DNA of 64,000 nucleotides from Heterodontus francisci (GCF_036365525.1 NC_090397.1:67833781-67897780), one strand, 5' to 3'; shown: positions 11,790-22,982, counted from the stretch's first letter. Notes: generated by a model from the letters alone, not told the origin. A program made the numbers and translations.

Positions 11790-12140
11790 AAGCCCGGCAT
11801 TAAATTATACAGCGGTGCGGAGTGTCCCTCTGAATCCCCGGCTCCTTACCTCCCCGGGCCCGGCCTCTCCCCCGGAGCCGCTCTTTCTGGGTGTTTTGCT
11901 CCGCGAGCGCCCTCAGCGAGGCGGCCGATCACCGGAAGCCGGAGCAGTCCGTCCGCATCAGGCCTCCGGGGGGAAACAAGCAGCCGCCGCAGAATCAGTC
12001 CCCCCCCCCCCCCTGGGCCTCCCTCATCTCCAACCCATTTGGGCTCTCCAATTCTGTTTTTGTTTGAGCCACCTCGTTGGATTACATTGTGCTGTCTGGT
12101 CACTCATCCATGCCTCATCCGTCCACCACGTCAGTGAGTG
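11790..12140. promoter_or_regulatory. CpG-rich, probably bidirectional promoter shared by RBM17 and ECHDC3
   Basis: CpG-dense non-repeat segment between divergent genes. ETS/GABP-type ACCGGAAGC at 11931-11939, C-run 12000-12013, CCAAT 12048-12052. Candidate plus-strand donor CA|GTGAGT at 12134. Confidence 0.7.
11850..11990 (-). other. RBM17: RBM17 non-coding exon 1 (5' UTR); 5' boundary uncertain
   Basis: CpG-rich segment ending on the minus strand in a consensus donor GAG|GTAAGG (GT at 11849-11848). It is the nearest strong donor upstream of the exon-2 acceptor at 9559-9558. Confidence 0.75.
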
Positions 12141-12317
12141 TACCTGGCAATTCGACTGTGGTAGTCATCACAGTCAAATCCTGCCTTCATCCCCACACCT
12201 GCACTTATAGCAGGAGTTACTTGTCGCCACCAGGAGTTGGAACTGAGTCTATTTTGCCTTCTCTAAACCAGGGGCTTCTCAGAGTCCAAATGTTCCACCA
12301 GCAACACCTCCCAGCTA

Positions 12318-12805
12318 AAAGACTTGCATTTTTATCCAGAGCTTTTTGTGAGCTCAGGACGTCCCAAAGCAATTTGCAGCCAATTATGTACTTCTTTTTT
12401 GGAAATGTGTAGCTACTATTGTAATGTAGGAAACACTGCAGCAAATTTGTACGCAGCAAGATCCCACAAATAGACCAAATAGTCTGGTTCAGTGATGCTG
12501 TTTGAGGGATAAACATTGGCCAGGACAACAGAGAAACCTCCCCCTGCTCTGCTTCAAAATAGTGACATAGGATCTTTTACATCCACCTCAGAGGCAAAAC
12601 TGGGCCCTGGTTCCGGCACAGACACGATGGGCCAAGTGGCCTCTTTCTGTGCCTTAAACTTTCTATGATTCTATGGTTTAATGTCTCACCTCAAAGGCGG
12701 CACCTCTGACAGTGCAGCACTCCCTCAGTACCGCACTGCGGTGTCAGCCTAGCTGTGCTCAAGTCCCACAACTTTCTGGCGGGAGTGCTACCACTGAGCC
12801 ACAGA
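12318..12805 (-). mobile_element. Deu-domain SINE (SacSINE1/AmnSINE1-like) between the promoter and the ECHDC3 ATG
   Basis: Deu core TGTCCTGGCCAATGTTTATCCCTCA...TTTGTGGGATCTTGCTG and tail ...AAATGCAAGTC. Same family as copies at 21.0, 31.9, 51.0 and 61.9 kb. Confidence 0.85.
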
Positions 12806-13164
12806 TACAGTCGGCGAACCGTGCACTGACGAGGAGTTGATCAGTACCTCAGGATATTAAAACTGTTAAATACTATTGCCATCAATATTTGCACAAGTAT
12901 TAGAGGTGAGATTTGCACATGGTGCTAAAGTGAAACAGTGGGAGTTCATTTAAACAAAAAAGCCAGTTTTTTTACAGAGCGAGGTATTACCAATGTAGGT
13001 TAAATGGAAAAGATTATAATTTACAGTGGAACATTTATGAGAAAAACCAAACAAAAAAGTGAACAATCCTATGGTTGGACAGCATCTTAGGTGGAACTTT
13101 AAATCTGAGTTTCAGGTTGTGTTGGGGCCGGTTTATTGTATGAACAGGAGTATCTAGGAACAAC

Positions 13165-13355
13165 ATGGGGTGTGTGACTGCTGGGAAATGTTTCAGGACA
13201 ATGCAACACTTTGCAAGACCCACAGTTCAGCTTTTGCAGCAACGACACACAGTAAAAAACACACCTCTTGCTTATGCCCAAGCTCATTTTGCCAGTGAAG
13301 CCACTCAGGCTACATGTGATAAACTGACTGTCAGAACACAGCAGGATGGGATCAG
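13165..13355 (+). CDS. ECHDC3: ECHDC3 first coding exon (presequence-like N-terminus to ...QQDGIR)
   Basis: Strong Kozak context AACAACATGG. Ends LTVRTQQDGI-AG|GTCAGT (phase 2), matching ECHDC3 RQxDGIR. Possible acceptor TTTCAG| at 13115. Confidence 0.9.
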
Positions 13356-13854
13356 GTCAGTATTGGCCCAGACTGGCTCATCCAGCAGCTTCAGCTGTTT
13401 AATTTACCGCAAACTGTAAACTGCAGAGAATGAGCCTGTCCCCAGGTTCAGTTAGTTGCACTTTTTAAGGTGAATTTGGATCAAGGAGGCAGGGATTGCA
13501 GCTTGTCCTTTTATTGTGCATTCCACAGAATGTGGTGGGGGGGAATGAACAGAGGTTGAGGGACTGGAGCGGGAATCGAGAAGGAATTTGGGAAGGTGAC
13601 TGAAAGCAGAGTCTAAGAAATAGCTTTTGTAAATGGGCAAGGTGTTAGCAAGGGAGAGCGTTTGAGATTCAGAGCTTTAATTGAAGGCCAGAACAATCGG
13701 GTTGGGAAAGACTGCATATGGAAGGAGCAGAGAGGCTGCGGAGAGATTTTATTTCGACAAACGATTTCAAAGCCATTGTGCTGTGATTCAGGGAGCTTCA
13801 CAGTATTTATACTAACAAAAATTATACTTTTATGATTTTTGTATAAATGAATAC

Positions 13855-14540
13855 AGGTCCATAGGTTACTGAAAGTGGCAACGCAGGTGGATAAGGTAGT
13901 CAAGAAGGCATATGGCATGCTTGCCTTCATCGGTCGGGGCATAGAGTATAAAAATTGGCAAGTCATGTTGCAGCTGTACAGAACTTCAGTTAGGCCACAC
14001 TTAGAATATTGCGTGCAATTCTGGTCGCCACACTACCATAGGACGTGGAGGCTTTGGAGAGGGTACAGAAGAGGTTTACCAGGATGTTGCCTGGTCTGGA
14101 GGGCATTAGCTATGAGGAGAGGTTGGATAAACTCGGATTGTTTTCACTGGAACGACGGAGGTGGAGGGGCGACATGATAGAGGTTTACAAAGTTATGAGC
14201 GGCATGGACAGAGTGGATAGTCAGAAGCTTTTTCCCAGGGTGGAAGAGTCAGTTACTAGGGGACATAGGTTTAAGGTGCGAGGGGCAAAGTTTAGAGGGG
14301 ATGTGCGAGGCAAGTTTTTTACACAGAGGGTGGTGAGTGTCTGGAACTTGCTGCCGGGGTAGGTGGTGGAAGCAGGTACGATAGAGACGTTTAAGAGGCA
14401 TCTTGACAAATACATGAATAGGAAGGGAATAGAGGGATACGGTCCCCGGAAGTGCAGAAGGTTTTAGTTTAGGCAGGCATCAAGATCGGCGCAGGCTTGG
14501 AGGGTCGAATGGCCTGTTCCTGTGCTGTACTGTTCTTTGT
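13855..14540 (+). mobile_element. Young CR1 LINE 3' fragment in ECHDC3 intron
   Basis: KKAYGMLAFIGRGIEYK, RPHLEYCVQFWSP and FFTQRVVSVWN; many CpGs retained. Confidence 0.95.
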
Positions 14541-16384
14541 TTTTTGAATCTGTTGGAGTACTAGATTTTAACCTGCAACAGTGACCAGTGTGATGTCTCT
14601 TCCACTCTCTGTGCACTAGAGACCCTGGTTACAATATGTCAGTACATTGGATGATTTCATTCCAGAGCCATTTTCCGAACATAACACCAACATCTACACC
14701 CCGTCCCATCCCCCACTCTAAGCTAACGTAGAAGCTGCAACCTTCAGATAATGGTACTGCTCTTAAAACAATTTGTTCAATCAAATAGGAACAATGGAAT
14801 ACCAGTGACAGTTAACAAGAACATGATGGCAGCTTCCACTTTTCCCACTACACTAGGTATCGCCACCCATTTTATTCATTCGTGGAATGTGGGCATCACT
14901 GGCAAGGCCAGCATTTGTTGCCTAACCCTAATTGCCCTTGAGAAGGAGGTGGTGAGCTTCTTGAACCGCTGCAGTCCATGTAGTTGAGGTACTCCGACAG
15001 TGCTGTTAGGGAGGCAGTTCCAGGATCTTGTCCCAGCTTGACGAGTCTGTGGGGCAGCTGTTCCAATTTTGGCACAAATCCCCAGATGGAGGTGCCTTTG
15101 CCATGGCAGGTTTCCTTCGTAAAGCACATTAGTGAACCAGTCAGGTTTTTAGAACAATGCGATAGTTTTATTAGCTTTTTATTCCCAATCTATTTAATTA
15201 ACTGAATTCTATTTGAACCCTGCAGACCTTCTTTCCTTGGTGCGTTCCCCTTTAAAAGTCTCCTTCAAACCAATCTTTTCACCTATATTTTCATAGCGCC
15301 ACAGGAAGCTCAGGGCTGGAAAAGACCACAGGTGCCTCTAGTCTGTCTTCCTACTGTCCTAACACTTGTATCCTTGGGATCGATGTAGAACACTAAGAAG
15401 CAAATCCAGTTGTCACTGGCATATGTGTGGGAAATGATCCTGTGTTCCTAGGTGATATATGGATGATAAAGGATGAAGAGATGGGACCAAGGTTGGAGTT
15501 CAAGGTAACACTGGAGACGACTTTGAGCATGAGAAGAAAAACAGATGAAGGGAAAGTTTCCCGTTCCAAAAAATTGACTTCTCCTCCCCGACGTATGCTG
15601 GACTAGGATTCGAAGAGTGCCAGCTGTCGTCTTTATTCCTCATCCAAGGGGCCATTTTTCTTGTGTGAGCCTAGCTAGAAACTGCCAGCAGCTGATTCAA
15701 CTGTGAAGGGCCTCACCTAACCCTGTTCTTACCTGATGCCCACATTCCCACAAGGTGAACCAGAAGTGGGAAGGCGATTAGAGTAAGCAATTGTCACGTC
15801 AGGTGAGGTCAGCTAAACTCAGCACTGACAAGGGCTTGAACCTGGGATCTTCCTGACTGGACAGCCCAGCAAATAGTAGAAACTGCTCAACTAGTGGAAC
15901 TCAGTTTGCCCTCCCCTAATTTCTTAACCTCTCACACCTCTGTCACCTCCTGCACCATTCACACAATAGTTCCTGTGTGAAGGTCCTCTGTTCACTAACT
16001 TAACCAAACTGTTCATCCGTATGTTAAAACAGCATTCAAATTACATTTGTTAGTCATAAAGGACAGTGCAATTTCAGACCAGTTGCATTTGTTCAAGAAT
16101 TAATAATTTGGAGTGTAATGTTAAACACATTGGGGTTCACTTTGAACTTCAGCACCTGGGCAACACCTTGCAGAGCCAATCGCCTGCTGTCGAACCTACC
16201 TGATTTTTATTTTAATTGAAAGCAATAAAATGAAAATTGTCAGGTGATATAACAAGCGGCAACACCACCTGGTGGTGAGGGTGAAAATTACTCCCATAAA
16301 CTCCAAACACTTTGGTAAGTTAAATTAATCAAGCTCCTCTCAGTGAACCATTGGGAGAGCTAAGAATATCATTATAAATGCTGT

Positions 16385-16880
16385 ACGTGAAGTCATCCAA
16401 AACTCTGCTGCCCATGTCTTAACTCGCACCAAGTCCCATTCATCTATCGCCCCTATGCTCGCTGACCTACACTGGCTCCTGGTCAAACAACATCCTGATT
16501 TTAAAATTCTCATCCTTGTTTCCAAATCTCTCCATGGCCTCTCCCCTCCCTATCTCTGTAATCTCCTTCAGTCCCACAACCCTCTGAGATATCTGCACTC
16601 ATCTAATTCTGATCTCTTGAGCATCCCCGATTTTAATCGCTCCACCATTAGTGGCCGTGCCTTTAGTTACCGAGGCCCAGAGCTCTGGAATTCCCCCCCC
16701 CCTACAATCTCCGTCTCTCCTTCCTCCTTTGAGACACTCCTTAAAACCTACCTCTTCGATCGTGCTTTTGGTCATCTGACCTAGTATCTCCTTTTGTGGC
16801 TCGGTGCCATACTTTGTTTTATAACACTCCTGTAAAGTGCCTTGGTATGCTTTATTAAAGGTGCCTTTATAATAAAATAT
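16385..16880 (+). mobile_element. L2-clade LINE 3' fragment
   Basis: LADLHWLLVKQ.DFKILILV.KSLHGLSPPYL...GRAFSY.GP.LWNS...LKTYLF. Confidence 0.9.
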
Positions 16881-16952
16881 AAATATAAGTTATTGATGTA
16901 CAGAAACTGTAAGGTCACTTTTTCTGCTTTAAAAATGTTGTCTGCTGTTTAG

Positions 16953-17074
16953 GACTATCGTGCTGAATAACCCAAAGAAGCGGAATGCTCTATCGCTGAG
17001 CATGTTAGAATCTCTGCGCACTGATCTCCTCCATGAAGCAGAAAGCAACGACCTCCGAGTTATTGTGATTTCAG
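16953..17074 (+). CDS. ECHDC3: ECHDC3 coding exon 2, TIVLNNPKKRNALSLSMLESLRTDLLHEAESNDLRVIVIS
   Basis: Translated by hand. Crotonase LNxPxKRNAL motif; 122 nt; TTTAG| acceptor and G|GTAAAT donor. Confidence 0.97.
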
Positions 17075-17134
17075 GTAAATCCAGGCTTGGTTTTAACATT
17101 TAATAAAGTCCAATGGATCTAAGTAGATCACAGT

Positions 17135-17505
17135 CAGGCTCATGTGGTAACGTGCGAAACGTGGCCAAAGAAACCAGAAGGGACCCAGATTCAGTCCCTG
17201 ATTTGTGCTGAGTTAGATGATTCTATCTGGAGCACCAACTGAGAAGATGTGAGTGGCCCCTGGTCATGCTGTGGAACATGAGCGACTGCTCCTACTCCCT
17301 GGCTGCTATCCTGCTCAACTGTGTGGATTTGGAGAGATCAGGTGAGGTCACGATCAGGCTGGGCTAGAACTTGTGAACACTGACTGTCAAACCTCAGGCA
17401 TGAAAAATGGGGCAACTCCCAAAAGGTGGATGATGCTGAAGGAACTGTATCCCAGGAAGGAGTCAGCTCCTCTGGAAAGGGGAGGTGGAGAAGAGGAAGG
17501 AGAAT
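17135..17505 (+). mobile_element. Old tRNA-derived SINE, family not named (other copies near 15.6-15.9, 21.8, 23.9-24.3, 28.3, 37.9-38.2, 52.6-53.0 and 63.0-63.3 kb)
   Basis: Recurring CCCAGGTTCxATCCCTGGTCTGTGCTGAGTTAGCTGATCTCAGC-like head and GGGTGAGGACAGGATCAGG-like body in many diverged copies. Confidence 0.65.
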
Positions 17506-17789
17506 ATAGTTATGAGGAAAAGTTAGTCTTGAAAGGAGGCGAAAGAGGATGGCACTTAAATAGAGGTGTACAAGAAGCAAAGTGGAACAGAACTGGTTAA
17601 TCCTGAGTGATGCTTCATGTTAAACCACGTCTAGAGAACAAGGGGATGGATGTAGATACAAATTGGTAAAAGGCAGCATTTCTTTCCACAGAGAATGAAT
17701 AATTGGAAGGGACTTCCAGATTGGGTAGTGAAAGCAAAAAACCTCTGGCCTTACTCATGAGGGAGTCACATGCTGTGGTGGGGGGGAAT

Positions 17790-18210
17790 TCATTCTTGGA
17801 ATGTGGGCATCACTGGCAAGGCCAGCATTTATTGCCCATCCCTAAATGCCCTTGAGAAGGGGGTGGTGAACTGCCTTCTTGAATACAACTGAGCGCTTTG
17901 TTAGGCCATTTCAGAGGGCAGTTAAGAGTCAACCACATTGCTGTAGGTCTGGAGTCACATGTAGGCCAGACCAGGTAAGGATGGAAGATTCCCTTCCCTA
18001 AAGGACATTAGTCAACCAGTTGGGTTTTTAACAACAATCCAGTAGTTTCATAGTCGCTATTACTGATACTAGCTTTTTAATTCCAGATTTATTTAATTAA
18101 CTGAATTTAAATTCCCCCGTTGTCATGGTGGGATTTGATTTTATGTCACTGGATCATTAGTCTAGGCCTCTGGATTACACGGCCAGTAACATAATCGCTA
18201 TGCTACCATG
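17790..18210 (-). mobile_element. tRNA-derived SINE with a LINE-shared tail (other copies 25.7-26.2, 33.8-35.1 and 59.7-60.05 kb)
   Basis: Head AGCGATTATGTTACTGG...AAATCCCACCATG and tail AAGGGCAxTTAGGGATGGGCAATAAATGCTGGCC, repeated across the window. Confidence 0.85.
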
Positions 18211-18444
18211 CATGAAGGCCTCCCTCATCTGTATGTATCCATGGGAGGTCTGGGAATCGGCTCTCTCTCTCCACACAGCTCAGATTAGAAACAAAAGAGT
18301 ACAGAAGGGAAGAAAATAATAAATCCCTGCTTATCAAAAGAATGTGTTAACATAAGCCATCAATGGAAGTGTTTTTATTTATTCTAAATGCAATATTGGT
18401 ATCATATTTCCATTTGAGGCTTATACTGTGATCCATGTGTGCAG

Positions 18445-18542
18445 CTGAGGGACCCGTATTTTCATCCGGCCACGATCTCAAGGAACTAAGCTCTGTTAAA
18501 GGATGGGATCACCATGCCAAGGTGTTTGCAGTCTGCACTGAA
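18445..18542 (+). CDS. ECHDC3: ECHDC3 coding exon 3, (A)EGPVFSSGHDLKELSSVKGWDHHAKVFAVCTE
   Basis: Translated by hand. FSSGHDL oxyanion-hole motif; 98 nt; GCAG| acceptor and |GTAAGC donor. Confidence 0.97.
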
Positions 18543-19124
18543 GTAAGCTGATCAATTTATATTTAATGTATTGAATAACAACAACAGCTTGCATTTCTAC
18601 AGTGCCATTAACGTAATAAAACGTCCCAAAGGTGCTACAGAGGTGCGATTATCAAATAAATATAACACCAAGCCACAAAAGGAGACATTGAGGTAGGTTG
18701 AAGGAGGAGACAGTGGTCGAGAGGTGTAGGGAGGTAATTTGGAGTTTAGCGCCTCGGCAATTGAAGGCACAGCCACCAGTGATGAAGTGATTAAAATCGG
18801 GAATCGCAAAGAACAGGGCCTGAAAATACAGTAATATTCTGGAATGTTTGACACAATGACGAGAACCATGAGAGTGAAGATTTTAGTGGTTTATTGATGA
18901 GATCTCAATTTGTTGTGTACCTGTCCTGCAATAAACATCATACAACATGTGCTCAACCTTTCATTGCCTTAATGAACTAACAATTGGCTTATTGGTGTAA
19001 GGCAGTGAGCAGTTGACCCCTACAGACCCCCGCAAGTGGAAGAGTAGAGTAGACAGGGTCAGGCCTAACTGTGACGCCCTCATAGTCAAATTGCCTGCTG
19101 GCATTCACTGTCTAGACGCATAAT

Positions 19125-20090
19125 TTCTTTTATTCATTCTTGGGATGTGAGCATCACCGACTAGGCCAGCATTTGTTGCCCATCCCTAAATGCCCTTGAG
19201 AAAGTGGCGATGAGCCATCTTCTTAAACTACTGCAGTCCATTTGGGGTAGGTACACCCACAGTGCTGTTAGGAAGGGAGTTCCAGGATTCTGACTCAGCG
19301 ACAGTGAAGGAACGGCGATATAGTTCCAAGTCAGAATGGTGTGAGGCTTGGAGGGGAACTTGCAGGTGGTGGTGTTCCCATGTGCCTGCTGCCCTTGTCC
19401 TAGGTCTTAGAGGTCGCGGGTTTGGCAGGTGCTGTCAAAGGAGCCTTGTTGCATTGCTGCAGTGCATCTTGAGGATCTTTTGCATCTGTGTGCCAGTGGT
19501 GGAGGGAGTGAATGTTTTAGGTGGTGAATGGGGTGCAAATCAAGCAGGCTGCTTTATCTTGGATGGTGTTGAGCTTCTTGAGTGTGGTTGGAACTGCACT
19601 TATCCAGGCGAGTGGAGAATATTCCATCACATTCCTGACTTGTGCTTTGTAGATGGTGGACAGGCTTTGGGGAATCAGGTGATGAGTTCTTTGCCACTGA
19701 ATTCCAAGACTCTGACCTGCTCTTGTAGCCACAGTTCAATTTCTGGTCAATGGTAACTTCCAGAATGTTCATGGTGGGAGACTCAGTGATGGTAATACCG
19801 TTGAATGTCCTGGGGAGATGGTTAGATTCTTGTTGGAGATGGTCATTGCCTGGGCAATTGTGTGGCACAAATGTCACTCAGTACTTAACAGCCCAAGTCT
19901 GAATGTTGTCCAGGTCTTGCTGCATATGGACACGAACTGCTTCATTATCTGAGGAGTTGCGAATGGTGCTGAACTTTGTGCGATCATCAGTGAGCATCCC
20001 CACTTCTGACTTCATGTTGGAGGGAAGGTCATTGATGAAGCAGCTGAAGATGGTTGGGCCTAGGACACTACCCGGAGGAACTCCTGCAGC
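19125..20090 (-). mobile_element. CR1/L2-group LINE 3' fragment (RT), probable partner of the preceding SINE family
   Basis: GVPPGSVLGPTIFSCFINDLP...MLTDD and STIYKAQVRNVMEYSPLAW. Same 3' tail as the SINE. Related fragments at 22545-22840, 44820-45090 and 54790-55410. Confidence 0.9.
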
Positions 20091-20230
20091 AAATGAAGAA
20101 TGGTCACGTTGGAGAGATACTAGAGGGCACCCGGTGCCTGTGGAAGTTCCCCAGGAGGAGGCAGGACATTGAGGATGGGTGAAAGCAGCTGGAAGGGGGG
20201 GCAGAAATGACATTGAATATGGAAATATTC

Positions 20231-20273
20231 CGGGGTTCCGAAGAAGGGTCACTGACCCGAAACGTTAACTCTG
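20231..20273 (+). ncRNA. Minimal type-I hammerhead ribozyme motif (Penelope-derived), best-preserved copy
   Basis: Helix I CGGGGTT/AACTCTG; core CCGAAGA; helix II GGGTC-ACT-GACCC; GAAA-CG-TT with palindromic AACGTT. Predicted cleavage after 20266. Confidence 0.7.
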
Positions 20274-20454
20274 CTTCTCTTTCCACAGATGCTGCCAGAT
20301 CTGCTGAGTGATTCCAGCATTTCTTGTTTTTATTTCAGATTTCCAGCATCCGCAGTATTTTGCTTTTATTATTATGGAAATTTCAGTAGTGGGACTGCAG
20401 TAATACTAAAAATCACCAGTTATCTTTGCTCATCATACTTTTTACAACTTGTAG

Positions 20455-20655
20455 GTTATGACCCTCCTTCAGGATATCTCAGTTCCAGTTATTGCGAAGG
20501 TCAATGGTTTGGCCACAGCTGCTGGCTGCCAGCTTGTGGCCAGTTGCGATATTGCTGTGGTGTCAGACAAGTCAAAATTTGCCACTCCAGGAGTCAACAT
20601 TGGGCTCTTCTGTTCCACACCAGCCGTTGCAGTGGGACGATCTCTTCCTCGAAAG
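20455..20655 (+). CDS. ECHDC3: ECHDC3 coding exon 4, [35 protein letters not shown]...[25 protein letters not shown]
   Basis: Enoyl-CoA hydratase signature region; 201 nt; GTAG| acceptor and |GTACGT donor. Confidence 0.98.
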
Positions 20656-21029
20656 GTACGTCACTACAGCATTTGACCTGGTTTAAAGTTGACTGGAACT
20701 TGTTTGCACTGCAGTCGGTATATACCACAAGCTAGAATAGTGCTTTATGAGGCCCTCTCAGCATTTTTAATCACAAATTATATATAACTCTGTACAATCC
20801 CACAAACACTGCAAATCTCTTTTATACAAATTCTTCAAAGCTTATTACCAAGACCACTAGTTTAAGGTTTTCAGAGAATAAATGGATGGAATCACAGAAT
20901 GTGATCCCCATTTCTAACAGTTTAGGAATCTTATGTAATAAAAATGTAACTGACTTCTGCAAATAACCATAAACCATTAATTATTGAATGTCTGATACTC
21001 TGCTGAGCTATTAAAAGATAAGGAAACAA

Positions 21030-21415
21030 CTTACCTCAGAAAAATCCCACGGCGCTTTAAACCTATTTTTGAAGTGTAGTCACTGTTGTAATGCAGGAAA
21101 TGTGGCAGCCAATTTGTACACAGCAAGCTCCCACAAACAGCAATGTGATAATGACCAGATAATCTGTTTTCTTTTCGTGATGTTGATTGAGGGATAAATA
21201 TTGACCAGGACACCAGGGCTAACTCCCCTGCTCTTCTTTGAAATAATGCCATAAGATCTTTTATGTCCATCTCAGAGGGCACACAGGGCCTCGGTTTAAC
21301 GTCTCATCCAAAAGACGGCACCTCCGACAGTGCAGCACTCTGTCGGTACTGCAATGGAGTATCAGCCTTGATTTTTGTTCTCAAGTCTCTGGAGTGGAAC
21401 TTGAACCCACTCTTT
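21030..21415 (-). mobile_element. Deu-domain SINE in the last ECHDC3 intron
   Basis: Same Deu core and tRNA-like head as 12318-12805. Confidence 0.85.
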
Positions 21416-22982
21416 CCTTTCAGGCTCCTCCTTTTCCTATAAAATAACTTTCCCTGTTGTAGTCTCCATGTGCTCTGATCCTTCCCAACCCAGGTGTGCG
21501 GGTTTGGAGAAGTTACAACCAAGCGTCCACTTCTGCTGTTCTGTATTTGTTCACAAAGAGACTCTCAAGCTGCTGGGATGACGCATCCTCCTTCTTTACT
21601 GGTGATCATTCAGGTTTTACTCAAAGTTTCCCTATACTGTGATCAGTGACCCACAAGATGGGGAAGCGAGAGCACAGATCAGTGGCTTACCACTCTACAG
21701 AGTGGACTTGGCACTCTGATCTGTTGGCCCACTCCCTTATTCAATTTCCCACTTGTGTAGCTGCTTCTTGTGACTGTATGTAAACCTGCTGCTCTCTGTG
21801 GTAGCTTCACTCTGTTATAAGGTTGACTGCATGGTTTCAGAGCTGAAAATTCTTGTTCACAGGGAGGTCCCATGTTTAATCCCTAGTTTGTGCCGTGTTG
21901 AGCTGATCTCAGTTGAAGTGATCCCTCAATGCCTCAGTGATCCTGGACCAGGGAACGGTGGGGGAAAAGAAAATTCACCCTGGATTTACACATCCCAATT
22001 GTGAATCATTGATGGAAAGTGATGTACATGTCGACATCACGGGGTAGAGTTTCCATGGAGGTTCTCCAATCTCCCAACCCACCTTCAGCAGAATTTACAG
22101 CACAGGCATAGACTCAATGGGCCAAATGGCCTCCTGTGCTGTAATGAGAAAGAGCCCATTTGCCCCAGCTGGTCTGTGCCATTGTTTACTATCCACACGC
22201 ACCACCTTCAGCCTGATCTCATCTGACTGCATCTGCAAAACCCGCTTTTCCTTTCTCCCTCAAGTACTAATATAGCGTCCCCTGAACAGCATCTATGGTA
22301 TTCGCCTCAGCTACTCCATGTGGCAGCGAGTTCCACATTCAGTGTCAGTTTGACCCAGAGATAAGGCAGGAGATTGGGAAATCCCCCTGTGGAAATTCTA
22401 ACCCCCAGGTGAATGCAGGTTCAGGTTTGGCTGTGATGCCCTCCTGTTTACACTCACTGTCCAGACTTTATAGCTGAAGAGTGGTCATTGTTATGTAAGG
22501 TATTCGAGGGTGACCAGGACTGCAGAAACTCACTAAGATACCTTCCAAAACCACGAGCTCTACCACCTAGAAGGACAGGGGCAGCAGATGCATGGGAACA
22601 CCATCACATTGCAAGTTCCCCTCCAAATCACGCACCATCCTGACTGAGAATTATATCGCCATTCCTTCACTGTCGCTGGGTCAAAATCCTGGAACTCCCT
22701 CCCTAACAGTACTGTTGGTGTACCTACACCACAAGGATTGCAGCAGTTCAAGAAGGTGGCTCACCACCACCTTCTCAGGGCAATTAGCGATGGGCAATAA
22801 ATGCTGGCATAGCCAGTAACATTCACATCCCAGGAGAGAAAAAAATAAAATTATCCAGCCTGTGTGAATACTTATCAGGACAGGAGGGAAGAAAAGCACA
22901 GAAATTCAGGGAAGAAAAGTATCAGTTTGCTCAGACTTTTTATGCAAATACAGAAGATTTGAATAAATTCTATTTTTAACAG

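Noticed and set aside
9541-11800. Four 720-750 aa Gly/Arg-rich or Pro-rich ORFs
   Set aside because: They are translations of a stop-free tandem repeat inside RBM17 intron 1, open in several frames on both strands.
11931-11960. Nine-codon upstream ORF in RBM17 exon 1 (minus strand)
   Set aside because: It depends on an unknown transcription start that may lie downstream of this ATG.
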